IMG/VR virus record: IMGVR_UViG_3300028048_000084
Direction: 5' to 3' (one strand)
Length of the DNA: 64,000 nucleotides
Source: an uncultured virus (IMG/VR IMGVR_UViG_3300028048_000084)
Taxonomy: Duplodnaviria > Heunggongvirae > Uroviricota > Caudoviricetes
In this document: piece by piece, positions 41,909 through 52,359 of the stretch
Layout: the number at the start of each line of letters is the position of its first letter
Numbering within the stretch: position 1 is the first letter of the stretch
The notes under the pieces: model-generated
Seen by the model: only the letters and a program-made list of their open reading frames with translations
Databases searched by the model: none
What the model was told of the DNA's origin: nothing
Made by a program: the position numbers and the translations under genes

Positions 41909-42436
41909 TTAAATCCCATGATTAATAGCAAAAAGACTGATTACTTTCTTTATAGAAAAATCATTTTTTAAAAATTTTTCTATTCTATCTACATCTTTTG
42001 TATCAAACCATGATTGTCCAAATTGACAGTCTTTGTCTCGCAAACTATCTATGTAGTCACTCATAGTTTGAAACCTGGTTTCTCCTTCATCATTTACATA
42101 TATGCAATAATTATTTCGTTTTAATGGGCTACACAACATCCTATACTGATGATTATAATATTCAATATGGACACATGTATTTAGATATTCATTATAATTT
42201 GTATTGTCTTTATATGGACATTCTACTTCATAATCTATTTTAATTTTAATATATCTTTTATTTTTCTTATGCTGAAAAACAAATTCAGAATAAATGTGAC
42301 CAATTTTTTGTTGAACATATTTTAAATGTCCATTACATTCAACGTATTTTGTTGAATGGAGATAAGAGGGTTGATATGATTTACATACTACTAATGAATA
42401 TTGTTCGTTAAACTCTTTTATATCCATATTAATCAC
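41909..42436 (-). CDS. G-(L/I/V)-COOH family protein
   Basis: Ends FAINHGI*. Confidence 0.75.
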   Translation of the reverse strand: MINMDIKEFNEQYSLVVCKSYQPSYLHSTKYVECNGHLKYVQQKIGHIYSEFVFQHKKNKRYIKIKIDYEVECPYKDNTNYNEYLNTCVHIEYYNHQYRMLCSPLKRNNYCIYVNDEGETRFQTMSDYIDSLRDKDCQFGQSWFDTKDVDRIEKFLKNDFSIKKVISLFAINHGI

Positions 42437-42508
42437 ATCCCATTTAACATAACATACATCTTTTTATGCAAATTAGTTGGTACTGTGTGCATCCACTCAT
42501 ATCAACTA

Positions 42509-42564
42509 TTGACATCATCACCCCCCGCCTAAAGGCGGTGGTTTTACGACGCTCTCCGATAAAA
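42509..42564 (-). mobile_element. Miniature IS200/IS605 element (PATE-like)
   Basis: Minus strand GTAAAACCACCGCCTTTAGGCGGGGGGTGATGATGTCAA: hairpin plus TCAA right end. Confidence 0.7.
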
Positions 42565-42567
42565 TAC

Positions 42568-42942
42568 TCATTTGGAATATTTGTTTTTGTCAGCAACAGC
42601 GACCATGTTCCGGTTTTTCAAATCCTCAAAAAACTTTGCGTTCGGATTTCTCGCACAATATGCCAACTTATTTCCAAAGAACACGCAATAAACTCGCGCT
42701 TCTTCGGACGTATCGGAATACACCCATCGCAATTCAAAAACAGAAGTGTATTCCTCCGTCAGCATCTGTCCCGCGAAAGAAAAACCTGTACTTAGCCCAC
42801 AAGAGGTGTCAGGCCACGTCTGAAGGAAAAGGTCAACGGACGTATGGGCTGCCCATATTTTTTGCTTTTGCTCGCTTAGAATCCTTTCAGTCTCTGCCCA
42901 AGCAAGATGCTCCAAATGTCTTAAATCAGGAATTTCTGCCAT
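42568..42942 (-). CDS. Hypothetical protein (GC-rich, probably recently acquired)
   Basis: GGAAGGAG RBS; F.QTWP.TS.G motif; GC content well above surroundings. Confidence 0.75.
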   Translation of the reverse strand: MAEIPDLRHLEHLAWAETERILSEQKQKIWAAHTSVDLFLQTWPDTSCGLSTGFSFAGQMLTEEYTSVFELRWVYSDTSEEARVYCVFFGNKLAYCARNPNAKFFEDLKNRNMVAVADKNKYSK

Positions 42943-43018
42943 GACGATTAACTCCTTCCGAAACTAAAAATGTAGCTATATCTCTCATGGCTAAATTATA
43001 TCGCAACAAAATAGCCTC

Positions 43019-43140
43019 TTGACATACTCCCACGAATTTATTCGTGGGATTCTGGGATGCGAACGAGAACCACGAGAACCGTGCATCTCGCGATGGTCTT
43101 ATGTATTCTCCTCCAACGGACAATGCCTTGCCCAAGTTTT
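43019..43140 (-). ncRNA. Orphan TnpB omegaRNA / IS605 right end
   Basis: GGGCAAGGCATTGTCC...TAAGAC...GAATCCCACGA-TCGTGGGAGTATGTCAA, closely matching the scaffold downstream of tnpB at 58157-58274. Confidence 0.75.
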
Positions 43141-43188
43141 TGCTCTATACATTTTTCTATCTCCTTTTGTTTATCATACAAAAGGCTC

Positions 43189-43360
43189 TTGACACTCCCC
43201 ATGGCTAAAGCCGGGGGATTCTTGGTTCAACAACCACCGCATTCCATCCGTAGACGGAACGTCTTACACGATTTCCCCAAGCGTAGATTCCCGTGTGCCC
43301 CACGGTATTTGCTATCCGCCTTGTATCCCCATAGCTGAAGCTAGTGGTTTTACACTGCTT
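43189..43360 (-). mobile_element. Non-autonomous IS605 element: left-end hairpin plus omegaRNA scaffold, no ORF
   Basis: AAAACCACTAGCTTCAGCTATGGGG...ACCGTGGGGCACACGGGAATCTACGCTTGGGGA...GAATCCCCCGGCTTTAGCCATGGGGAGTGTCAA. Confidence 0.8.
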
Positions 43361-43702
43361 TTAATAATCTAAAGGCTCATAATCTAATGGGAAGTTCTCA
43401 CCCTTACCCAAATAAGTATAAGTTCTTTCACCAGCATAATATTTATTTAAGGAATCTCTTACTTTTTTACTATGCTCTAACATTTGTTTATTTTTCTCAA
43501 TCTTACGCTTACGTGATTCTGTCATGGATTTAGGTTCATGTTTAGGAATTTCATGTTTTTCTAACTCACTATTAATAAGCTCTTTCATTCTATTATCTGT
43601 AGAATTTTGACAACCGATATAAACACCATTTATAAACATCTTAACTCCATAAGAACTATTGACCAGCTTACAGTCAAACTCGGCCTTATATTGAACTTCC
43701 AT
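43361..43702 (-). CDS. Hypothetical protein
   Basis: 113-aa ORF with AAGGAG RBS. Confidence 0.7.
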   Translation of the reverse strand: MEVQYKAEFDCKLVNSSYGVKMFINGVYIGCQNSTDNRMKELINSELEKHEIPKHEPKSMTESRKRKIEKNKQMLEHSKKVRDSLNKYYAGERTYTYLGKGENFPLDYEPLDY

Positions 43703-43830
43703 TTTTATCTATCTCCTTTTTTTCCCAATAGTTCATATGCTTCTGATATAGAAACAATATGCTATTGTAAATAATAATGTTTTGAAAAAAAAGTATATGT
43801 TGGATTAATATTAAAAGACTTAATCATCAT

Positions 43831-44208
43831 TTATACTCCTATAGATATAATAATCAATTTTTGTATTAAACTTGAAGGAATAGAAGAAAGCAATTTTAAT
43901 ATTCTATGACTATGTTTCATAACATATGGACTATAAAAATATTCCATTTGAATTCCTAACTCATCATCTGCAAAGTTTTTATCTGTTCTCTGCCGATTAA
44001 AAATAAAAACTCTTTTTTCCAATTCTTTAATTGCAGTTCGTCCGCTATCATATTCTGCATTAAAACGGATTTGATTTGTTTGAATAAAAATGTCTATATT
44101 TAATTTTCTTTCATTATCTCGAATCGTATGTAACATACCACCATATACTAGCTTACCAGTATTAAACTCATGTCTCATTAATGTTTTCGTTCCAACATAA
44201 GTAAACAT
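43831..44208 (-). CDS. G-(L/I/V)-COOH family protein
   Basis: Ends IIISIGV*; GGAGG RBS and promoter. Confidence 0.75.
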   Translation of the reverse strand: MFTYVGTKTLMRHEFNTGKLVYGGMLHTIRDNERKLNIDIFIQTNQIRFNAEYDSGRTAIKELEKRVFIFNRQRTDKNFADDELGIQMEYFYSPYVMKHSHRILKLLSSIPSSLIQKLIIISIGV

Positions 44209-44300
44209 TCTTATTCCTCCAACACTTTGTTTTTATTATCATACCATATTTTCTAAAATTTGTCAACAGTTAAAAAAAAGAATAGCTAAGTTGCTATTCT

Positions 44301-44651
44301 TTATAGTCCATTTGAAATTGCAAGCATTTTGGCCCATAAATATTGTGGAACTGCATAGATAATTTTTTCTTCTCGATTGTACCAATTATCAATATAGTTC
44401 TCATCTTTATTATTAAAATCAACAGTACGTGGATTGTGATAAAAATAGATGTTACCATTATTGCGGATTTTATACTTATATTCTACGTATTGCATACCTG
44501 CAACACATATTCTTTTTGTATCAATTTTCTTAGCAGAAATGTAGATTTTTTTATTGTTATTGATTTCTATCCGATATTTGTTTTTATTTTTTTTATCAAT
44601 CAAATAAAAAAATCTGCACCACCAAGCATAATACGTATTTGTAATGTACAT
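44301..44651 (-). CDS. G-(L/I/V)-COOH family protein
   Basis: Ends LAISNGL*. Confidence 0.75.
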   Translation of the reverse strand: MYITNTYYAWWCRFFYLIDKKNKNKYRIEINNNKKIYISAKKIDTKRICVAGMQYVEYKYKIRNNGNIYFYHNPRTVDFNNKDENYIDNWYNREEKIIYAVPQYLWAKMLAISNGL

Positions 44652-44663
44652 AATTATTTCCCC

Positions 44664-44903
44664 TCACAATCCATTAGACATAATAATAGTTTTTTGAAGC
44701 AAGTCTTGTGGAACAATATTAATTAGTTTAAATGTTCGTTCAAACCAACGCTTTTTAAATTTTCTAAAAGAACACATGGTTGTATTTTGACCATAAAACA
44801 TACCATTTTTGTCAAAATAAATTTTAATTTCTTCGTTAAAATATCTATAACGAAATTTTGTTACCCATAAATTATTTACACATTGTCTACCAGTATTAAT
44901 CAT
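44664..44903 (-). CDS. G-(L/I/V)-COOH family protein (5' part from about 45040 is broken)
   Basis: Ends IIMSNGL*; VPQ.L..K tail shared with 44301-44651. Confidence 0.6.
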   Translation of the reverse strand: MINTGRQCVNNLWVTKFRYRYFNEEIKIYFDKNGMFYGQNTTMCSFRKFKKRWFERTFKLINIVPQDLLQKTIIMSNGL

Positions 44904-45215
44904 GGTTACATTAAACTTGAGCTAAGTATGAGCATCGTTTGTTGTTATTGTGTAATGATATATACGTTTTCATCGTATATTTCAAAAACTGAACTATAAT
45001 ATCTATTGTTGCAATGACCGCTAATAGAATCAAACTACATTGTATTACACCTCCATTTTTTATTCTCTATAAATAATCATAACATATTTTATTCTTTTTG
45101 TCAATAGTTTGAAATAAAGATTTAAAAAGCGATATAGAAATATTATCTATACCACTTTATAAACCGCATGTCATTATATAAAATTGTTTTGTATTCATTT
45201 ATTTTACCCATTCAT

Positions 45216-45560
45216 TTATAATCCTTCCAATTGACAAATCATTTCTTTGATTTGACTTTCATATGTCTTAATTGTTTCACGAACTTTTTTCTTGAAATTC
45301 TTTTCTTGTACTGTTTTATCTTGAATTAAACGAAAAATTCTACAATGTCTAAATTTGTTGAATTGTAGATACGTACCATAAATTTTGTGATGGTGTAATT
45401 TAACAGCAACACTATAAATGCCGTAATATTTATTTATTTTTTCATTAGCACAACCACAAAGAGGTGTTACTGAAATATATTCATCTTTGTTAAAATAGAA
45501 TATACATGTATCAAAATCTTCTTTTTCCATATATTTAGGTTTAAAACGATGATATTTCAT
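45216..45560 (-). CDS. G-(L/I/V)-COOH family protein
   Basis: Ends ICQLEGL*. Confidence 0.75.
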   Translation of the reverse strand: MKYHRFKPKYMEKEDFDTCIFYFNKDEYISVTPLCGCANEKINKYYGIYSVAVKLHHHKIYGTYLQFNKFRHCRIFRLIQDKTVQEKNFKKKVRETIKTYESQIKEMICQLEGL

Positions 45561-46045
45561 TATATTCCCTCCGTAAAAACAATTACATCCTTAATGAAAC
45601 CTTCACCATAATTAACAATGAATTTGTCAAACCATGCACAAATAGATTTGTATTTATTAATGTTGTTTTTATTTTTATTGTTCCTTCTTTCATATCGTTG
45701 CTTTTTATAATTCGTAATACTAAAGTTTCCTTTGCGATAAGGAATTTCTATTTTTTGAGATATGAATTTAAATTTATTATTGATTTTTATATCATATGCC
45801 TTATGTGTGTAGTGAATGTCTTTATCAACAATGGACAAAACCAAAGTCTTATGATTGTTATGAATCATTTCTCCATAACTGTTCATTATAAAGTCATTTG
45901 CTATTGTTATATCTATATTCGCTTTCATATCTTTATGTATTATATCAAAACGGTAATGATATGTACCATGATAGTTTTGCGACCATCTATCTCTATAAAT
46001 AATTTTAACACCTTGTTCTTCATATGTCCATTGTTTTTTCATCAA
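45560..46045 (-). CDS. G-(L/I/V)-COOH family protein
   Basis: Ends IVFTEGI*. Confidence 0.75.
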   Translation of the reverse strand: MMKKQWTYEEQGVKIIYRDRWSQNYHGTYHYRFDIIHKDMKANIDITIANDFIMNSYGEMIHNNHKTLVLSIVDKDIHYTHKAYDIKINNKFKFISQKIEIPYRKGNFSITNYKKQRYERRNNKNKNNINKYKSICAWFDKFIVNYGEGFIKDVIVFTEGI

Positions 46046-46121
46046 ATTTTCACCACACTTTATATTTTATTCTTTCACATTCTAAATATAATAAAAAACA
46101 GTTTATAATTTATTTTATAAA

Positions 46122-46610
46122 TTACAAACCAAATAGTAAGGCGTATTCTTTTTTAAAAAAGTCTCTACAATGAAAAATTACACTAGTATATTTTTTATCT
46201 AAATCCATTAATAATCCTTCATCTATCATTTTGGTGCGTTTTTTAATCATTTTATACTGTTGCTTTTTTAATTTTTCACTCGTCATATTAGATAAATAAA
46301 CATTACCATTATAATACTGAATGTAATATGTGTGACTGCAATAAGCGATTTTATAATCCGAACTGCTATATAACTGAAACGTAACAGTATCATTAATTTT
46401 AGTATGCTGAATAACCAAATCAATGAAATATTTTCTTGTATATCCTAAATTCGTATTGCCATAAATATAATATTCGTTTTCATAGGCATCAAATGCAACA
46501 TATTTCATATATTTTAAAAGCACATTTCCATTGATTTTATCAGTAGATGGAATGTGCTTTTTTACTTGATAAATGTCTAATACATCATCAGAAAATATTA
46601 GGCTATACAT
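46122..46610 (-). CDS. G-(L/I/V)-COOH family protein
   Basis: Ends YALLFGL*. Confidence 0.75.
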   Translation of the reverse strand: MYSLIFSDDVLDIYQVKKHIPSTDKINGNVLLKYMKYVAFDAYENEYYIYGNTNLGYTRKYFIDLVIQHTKINDTVTFQLYSSSDYKIAYCSHTYYIQYYNGNVYLSNMTSEKLKKQQYKMIKKRTKMIDEGLLMDLDKKYTSVIFHCRDFFKKEYALLFGL

Positions 46611-46843
46611 ATTTAACTAACCCCTATCTTTAATGTAATAGTTTCTTGTTTCTTTTTTTTGTGTTTTTTTAAAAATTTCGCTAGATTATCTAAAAAACGA
46701 AATTCAACATCTTCTTTTCGTGACATATAAGGTACTGTATCAAATTTTTTAACATACCATGAAAAGTGATTAATAATTACTTCGTTAATATCATCTACAT
46801 GGTATGCGATTTGTGTTTTATCTGTTTTTAATACAATAATCTC

Positions 46844-46895
46844 TTGACATCCTCCCCCACCTCTTTAGGTGGGGGAATTCCTACTTCGTCGCCTG
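46844..46895 (-). mobile_element. IS605-type right-end fragment
   Basis: GGAATTCCCCCACCTAAAGAGGTGGGGGAGGATGTCAA. Confidence 0.7.
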
Positions 46896-47222
46896 TCAAA
46901 TAGAATTTAATTTCCATTTCTCAACTACCTCTCTAAACTCATTCTCTTTCATTACAATATCTCTATCTTCGCCAATTTTACCAATAATTACAAAATGCTT
47001 AAACGCATTAATAAAATAGCCACCAAAAGGATAGAAGTTATCATAAGCTGATTTCTCATGAATAGCTTTTCCTTTTACAATATTGTATCTAAATTTGCTA
47101 TATCCACGATTAAGTTCTTTTAAAATGTCGATTAAAATTGTCAATTTCTTATCGCTAAAAAAGACTAAAGATTTATTTTTCCTTTCTACTCTCATTTTCA
47201 TCACCAATATCCTTTGCAACAT
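46896..47222 (-). CDS. Hypothetical protein (true start probably near 47262, frameshifted)
   Basis: RBS and ATG upstream lie in a different frame. Confidence 0.5.
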   Translation of the reverse strand: MLQRILVMKMRVERKNKSLVFFSDKKLTILIDILKELNRGYSKFRYNIVKGKAIHEKSAYDNFYPFGGYFINAFKHFVIIGKIGEDRDIVMKENEFREVVEKWKLNSI

Positions 47223-47375
47223 CTTGAATAAACTTTACTGTGTTGTCTTTCATATACTCCATATTATCCCCCCTTTTCATTTACATTGTACCATATATTT
47301 TATAATTTGTCAACAGTTTTAAAAAACGACTATGAATCAAACCATAGCCGTTTTTACTTTTCATTATTCATATTT

Positions 47376-47706
47376 TCAAATCCCTATATTGTATATCAAA
47401 AATTTATTTACTACTTTTTGTATAATTTTCTCGTTTTTGTAAAAATCTGTCATAATAACTTTTACTACAGGTTTTGCTCTGTTGTCTAAATCATCATGCT
47501 CCATATGCCCATTATTTTGGACAAAGAATGTTATGAAATATTCACTATTACTTGTATAAAAGTTCATTTCACATTTCGTTTGTATCAAATTCCTGTCAAT
47601 ATACGTTAAGTATAATTGTATATTGTCATTTACATGTACTCTGTCAATTTTACTGTAAAATATGCAGTCTACTTTGGTTAAATTATATATGGTTTTCTAT
47701 ATACAT
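47376..47706 (-). pseudogene. Frameshifted G-(L/I/V)-COOH family gene
   Basis: Ends LIYNIGI*; ATG at 47706 is out of frame across an AT dinucleotide run. Confidence 0.6.
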
Positions 47707-47783
47707 AAGATAATTCACTAACCTTTTAATAATACAAATTATCTATATATATAAATACGCACAATACTCATTTGTATTGTGTT

Positions 47784-48143
47784 TTATATTCCTTCACCGA
47801 TAATCAAAATCTTATTCAATTCTTTAATAAACCAATCTTTATATAATTTAATAATTCTTTTTGTCGCTCGTTCTATACAATCACCATGTAAACCTTTTGT
47901 TCGATTAAATGTAAATTGATTTTTATCATTGAAAATATATTCAACGCCACGTTTACTGTGTATAACACTATCTCTATGTATATTTATAGTAACACTTACG
48001 CAAGATACATTTTTATACATAATATGAAATAATGGAGAATATGAGAAACATATAAAAATATTTCGATGTATAAACCATCGTTGAATATCATTTTTGTGGT
48101 TATAACAATTTAATTTTTCCTTATCTATTTGAAATCCATGCAT
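47784..48143 (-). CDS. G-(L/I/V)-COOH family protein
   Basis: Ends LIIGEGI*. Confidence 0.75.
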   Translation of the reverse strand: MHGFQIDKEKLNCYNHKNDIQRWFIHRNIFICFSYSPLFHIMYKNVSCVSVTINIHRDSVIHSKRGVEYIFNDKNQFTFNRTKGLHGDCIERATKRIIKLYKDWFIKELNKILIIGEGI

Positions 48144-48157
48144 GAATCATCACCAGT

Positions 48158-48445
48158 TTAATAACCTTCACAAATAGCATAATATTGAAAAAGTAACGGT
48201 TCTATATCGTATTTTAAAATGATACTATTTGTAGCATACCTGCATTTTGTCTTGCCTGTCAAGATGGAATGTAATATAAATGTCAACTGTTGCTTCATAA
48301 CCATTAATAAAAAATCAATTGTGGATTGAGAAATAATAAACTAATTCCTATCTAAAAAAATTGTATTTTTAGATAATAGTATGTCCCATATGAACTTTTT
48401 TCTGTCACTATCTTTTTTAAATAAATTCGTCTCTTTAAATTGCAT
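48158..48445 (-). pseudogene. Family-like gene with an in-frame TAG
   Basis: 96 codons, TAG at 48341-48343, ends YAICEGY*. Confidence 0.55.
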
Positions 48446-48447
48446 CT

Positions 48448-48753
48448 TCATAGTCCATTTGCTATCCCAAAATTTTTCATAATACAATCAATTGTATGAA
48501 TAATAATTTCCTTTGAAGTTCTCTTACCTTTCATTATACGCAATATTTCATCTTTTGTGTAATAAAGGTTTCTTTCTTTGTTTTGTCCTATATACATTAG
48601 TTTATTAAAATTCTTTCTCATTTTTGTATCTACTACACTAATAACAAATACTCCACTAAGTTCAATAGGTATGATTTGTACCATATATTTTCCATCATCT
48701 GTTACATAGCGAAAACTAACATTATTAATTATTTCCATTAATTTCCATTTCAT
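48448..48753 (-). CDS. G-(L/I/V)-COOH family protein
   Basis: Ends FGIANGL*. Confidence 0.75.
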   Translation of the reverse strand: MKWKLMEIINNVSFRYVTDDGKYMVQIIPIELSGVFVISVVDTKMRKNFNKLMYIGQNKERNLYYTKDEILRIMKGKRTSKEIIIHTIDCIMKNFGIANGL

Positions 48754-48763
48754 AATTCATTCC

Positions 48764-49105
48764 TCATAAACCATGTGACATTGTATAAATGATTTTACAT
48801 CTTTTTTGAATCCACATTTTGTTATTGGACATGATTTGTTGTAATTCAATGTCTCCTTTACATCTTACCTTATTCGACCGCCTAGACATGATTGTATTCG
48901 ATTCTGTATAATCTACAATATAGCCAAAACCTTCAAAAAGGTCAATGCTATTTATTGCTATATCTATATAATTGTTCCACAAAATTTTCTTCGGAAACAC
49001 AAAACCAAAATGAATTAGTTGAATAGTAAATCCTTTATATATATACAATTCTTCAATTCTATCTCTTGTATATAACGATGTCTTTAATTTGAATTTGCCC
49101 ATCAT
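48764..49105 (-). CDS. G-(L/I/V)-COOH family protein
   Basis: Ends YTMSHGL*. Confidence 0.75.
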   Translation of the reverse strand: MMGKFKLKTSLYTRDRIEELYIYKGFTIQLIHFGFVFPKKILWNNYIDIAINSIDLFEGFGYIVDYTESNTIMSRRSNKVRCKGDIELQQIMSNNKMWIQKRCKIIYTMSHGL

Positions 49106-49435
49106 TTATACACCATTCGTCATAACGATAAAAATTTTTGACATATGAATAATGTTATTATATGTAGTTTCTTTAATAATTGAAATTATATCTCCTACAC
49201 AAACATTTTTTATTTTACCATTATCTGTAGTTAGCCATTCATTATCTGCATAATACCAATAATAATAATGTATTTGCTCACCACATTTTATGGTTATATT
49301 GATATAAGATAAATCCCCATGTATAATATTCCCTGCTTTATATGATAATTCAATTAAATAATTATTATCTTGAATTAATAAATTGCCATAATAACCATGG
49401 ATATAATCTATTACTATATTTGCTTCTTTAATCAT
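49106..49435 (-). CDS. G-(L/I/V)-COOH family protein
   Basis: Ends IVMTNGV*. Confidence 0.75.
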   Translation of the reverse strand: MIKEANIVIDYIHGYYGNLLIQDNNYLIELSYKAGNIIHGDLSYINITIKCGEQIHYYYWYYADNEWLTTDNGKIKNVCVGDIISIIKETTYNNIIHMSKIFIVMTNGV

Positions 49436-49437
49436 AA

Positions 49438-49755
49438 TTATATCCCATTTATCATTACAAATACTTTTCTACATTCATCTATATACTTCTCACAAATTTC
49501 TGTTTCAATTTGTTTTAAAAATACTCTCGTTTGAGCATCGTTTCTAAATGTTTCAAATCCCATTAAAGTCATTTCAATATTATGACAATAATCTTTCGTT
49601 ACCAAAGTAATGGTTAATGGATAACCATTAAAATCTTGAAAAAAATTGCTTAAATGAAATATGTATTCTTTATCTATTTTCCGTAAAGCAATAAACCCAT
49701 AACTTATACAATAATGATTTGTATCAGAATATTTCGCTATATTGCTACTTAACAT
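49438..49755 (-). CDS. G-(L/I/V)-COOH family protein
   Basis: Ends FVMINGI*. Confidence 0.75.
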   Translation of the reverse strand: MLSSNIAKYSDTNHYCISYGFIALRKIDKEYIFHLSNFFQDFNGYPLTITLVTKDYCHNIEMTLMGFETFRNDAQTRVFLKQIETEICEKYIDECRKVFVMINGI

Positions 49756-49759
49756 ATCA

Positions 49760-50117
49760 TCACACCCCAACTATATATCTTATCTCTAATATCTTAATGA
49801 TTCTATCTAATTCTTTTTCTATTTTTTTATAATATTCTTTATAATATTTTAGTTCTTTCATTAATTTATTGTTTTCTGTCATATTGTATTGATAGATTTT
49901 ATTCCCCTTTGTCATCTATAATGCGAGACAAATGACCAGTAAATTGACTAGAATGTCCAACAATTAATTTATTGTTAATCATTATGTTCGCATGTATTGT
50001 TGATTTAGTATATGACCTAATAATGCTTATCTCGATGTCATATTTATATTTTAGTTTTACATAAATTAATTCTCTCTTTTGAAATAATGCAATACTTTTT
50101 ATGTGTTGTACTTTCAT
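49760..50117 (-). pseudogene. Frameshifted G-(L/I/V)-COOH family gene
   Basis: Shift at a GGGG run near 49905; downstream frame ends IRYIVGV*. Confidence 0.65.
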
Positions 50118-50120
50118 TTT

Positions 50121-50459
50121 TTATATCCCATTAGCTATTACAAGCAATTGATTTATATGACCTAAAATTTCTTTTTTATAATTTTTAAAAACATCAGAAT
50201 ATCTGCTTCTTTTATATAAAATTGCCATTCCACTCGGCGTTGGTAAAAAATATTGATATTTTCTTCTCCGATTGAATTTGTTTATAACAAAATGTATTTT
50301 TAATAATTTTCCAAAAGCTATTTCAACATTCGTTTGTTTTAAAAAACACCGCATTAATATGGTTATATCTGTTCCATCTACTAATTGAACGTCAGATACC
50401 AATTCTATATGCGGTGCAATAGGTTTATGTAAATTGTTTACTACTTGTAAATTAATCAT
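50121..50459 (-). CDS. G-(L/I/V)-COOH family protein
   Basis: Ends LVIANGI*. Confidence 0.75.
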   Translation of the reverse strand: MINLQVVNNLHKPIAPHIELVSDVQLVDGTDITILMRCFLKQTNVEIAFGKLLKIHFVINKFNRRRKYQYFLPTPSGMAILYKRSRYSDVFKNYKKEILGHINQLLVIANGI

Positions 50460-50475
50460 CAATAGCACTTCCTTA

Positions 50476-50825
50476 TTATAACCCATTTAGTAATGTACAT
50501 TCTTTTCTGTCTACCCTTATTAATTCATTCCTCGCTTGTAAAAAACTTACTAACGCTTTGTTTCTTTGCTTATTTGATAATTTCCTGTAATTCTTAACTA
50601 GTGTAAAACGACATCCATTATCTGATGTGTATATACTTCAGAAAAATATTTGTTTACTCGATACTTTAAATATAATGTCTTTAAGCGATATATTCCAAAT
50701 TTTCGTGTTATTGTATCGTAATAATACATGGCAGGTTTATAATAAGAGTTATATAATCTGATTTCATAATCATCATCAAATAAATTCTTTGTCATATTGT
50801 ACTGTATATATATCCATTTTTGCAT
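50476..50825 (-). pseudogene. Frameshifted G-(L/I/V)-COOH family gene
   Basis: Shift near a T run at about 50645; downstream frame ends CTLLNGL*. Confidence 0.65.
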
Positions 50826-50831
50826 TATCCT

Positions 50832-51230
50832 TTATATTCCATTTATCATTACTGTCCATATTCTACAATATTTTGTGATTTCATTAAAATGTTTGTATAA
50901 TATCATTATACTTAAATTTCTGTTTATATCATCCCCGTAATGATATTTTTTTTCTGGTTCTATACAAATACCATTGTCTCTCGTTACCATATAAAATGTA
51001 TACCTGCTAATTTTGATGAAATACTTGATATATCCATGACGTATTGGCTTATATCTCGATATTTTATTTAAATGATTCGGGAATTGCATATTTTCATTAC
51101 ACATTAGTCTTTCATCTGTTACAAAATCATATAATCTAATCCTTACTTTTTTGTGCGCATCGATATATGATTTTATAACGTCTCTTAAATCTTCTTCATT
51201 ATATTCTGCCCTATATATAAGTTTTTCCAT
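50832..51230 (-). CDS. G-(L/I/V)-COOH family protein
   Basis: Ends TVMINGI*. Confidence 0.75.
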   Translation of the reverse strand: MEKLIYRAEYNEEDLRDVIKSYIDAHKKVRIRLYDFVTDERLMCNENMQFPNHLNKISRYKPIRHGYIKYFIKISRYTFYMVTRDNGICIEPEKKYHYGDDINRNLSIMILYKHFNEITKYCRIWTVMINGI

Positions 51231-51554
51231 TTTTTATTCCTTTCTTATGTGTCAAATATGGAATTTTTATCCCCTATATATGTATGTTTTTATCGAAAAA
51301 TGAAAAATCCGTCGCTCATTCTTATTACCTGTCAATTTCCTACAATTCCAACATCTAAATATTTTTCGGATGTATTGCGATTGTATTTCTTTGTCTTACA
51401 AATTGTAATTTTTATTTGTTCCTGTAATGCGAACAAAATGGCTCTTTGAAAATATAGCTTTTTTCTATACCTAAATTATATCATTGATAGATATTCTTGT
51501 CAATGGTTTGAATAAAATATTAAAAAGGCTACCTAATATACAGGTAGCCTTTTT

Positions 51555-51932
51555 TTATATTCCTATTTCTCTGATATATGTTCTCTTTATTTCTCGTTCA
51601 CTAAAATATTGTAAAATGTTTTGTATATCTACTTGTATATTCTGCTCTTTCTCTCCATAAATTGCTTTATCATATAATTGTAGATTTATATGCTCTTTAT
51701 TATTACAGTTATATATATAACGTATGGAACTAGGTACATATTTTTTCGTCCCATCTATCTGAATGATTATATATACTGCATTACAACATCTGAATGTGGT
51801 TAGTATAATACTATAAAAATGCGTCTCCGTTTCATATTCGTATTTTTTATGTATTGTCTCATTTTCTTTATTTAATTTGGTATATCCAATTGTATTCTTA
51901 TATACAATTTTCGGTTCTGCTTTGATTTCCAT
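51555..51932 (-). CDS. G-(L/I/V)-COOH family protein
   Basis: Ends YIREIGI*; followed by a terminator. Confidence 0.75.
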   Translation of the reverse strand: MEIKAEPKIVYKNTIGYTKLNKENETIHKKYEYETETHFYSIILTTFRCCNAVYIIIQIDGTKKYVPSSIRYIYNCNNKEHINLQLYDKAIYGEKEQNIQVDIQNILQYFSEREIKRTYIREIGI

Positions 51933-52359
51933 TTCGGATTTTCTTCCTTTTATATATAATTATTTATCTTGTAAAATTTCTTATATATATTAATTGTTCT
52001 TTATATGAATGTTATTATTCGATTTTTTTTGTAAAATGTCTTATATGTTGTTTTATTATGTATATTTATTTAATTTCGATGAATAAATATAATTTTTTGT
52101 CGGTATAAAAAATAAAATTCTGCATTTTTATACAATAAATGGACAAAACTCTTATTTTTCGGTCATTTTTGCATTTAAATTGGTTTTTGTATATATAGAA
52201 ATAAAAAGTTTTGTGTGACTATGATGTGAATAAAATAAAAATGTGATTTTTTATGCGAAAATTCATAGATTTTTGTGATACGTTTGTGTTTATATATAAA
52301 TATATGGATTTTGTCGCGGTTAGTCCGGTTCAGTTTTATTTTTTATCCGTCTATAGTTT

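Noticed and set aside
42926..43338. ORFs 42926-43135 and 43057-43338
   Set aside because: They overlap GC-rich omegaRNA and IS-end structures and are probably spurious.
44900..48445. TAG stop-codon reassignment (genetic code 15), suggested by in-frame TAGs in broken genes and the rarity of TAG stops
   Set aside because: All long structural and enzyme genes are intact in code 11. The TAG-containing genes mostly also carry frameshifts, which fits pseudogenisation better.
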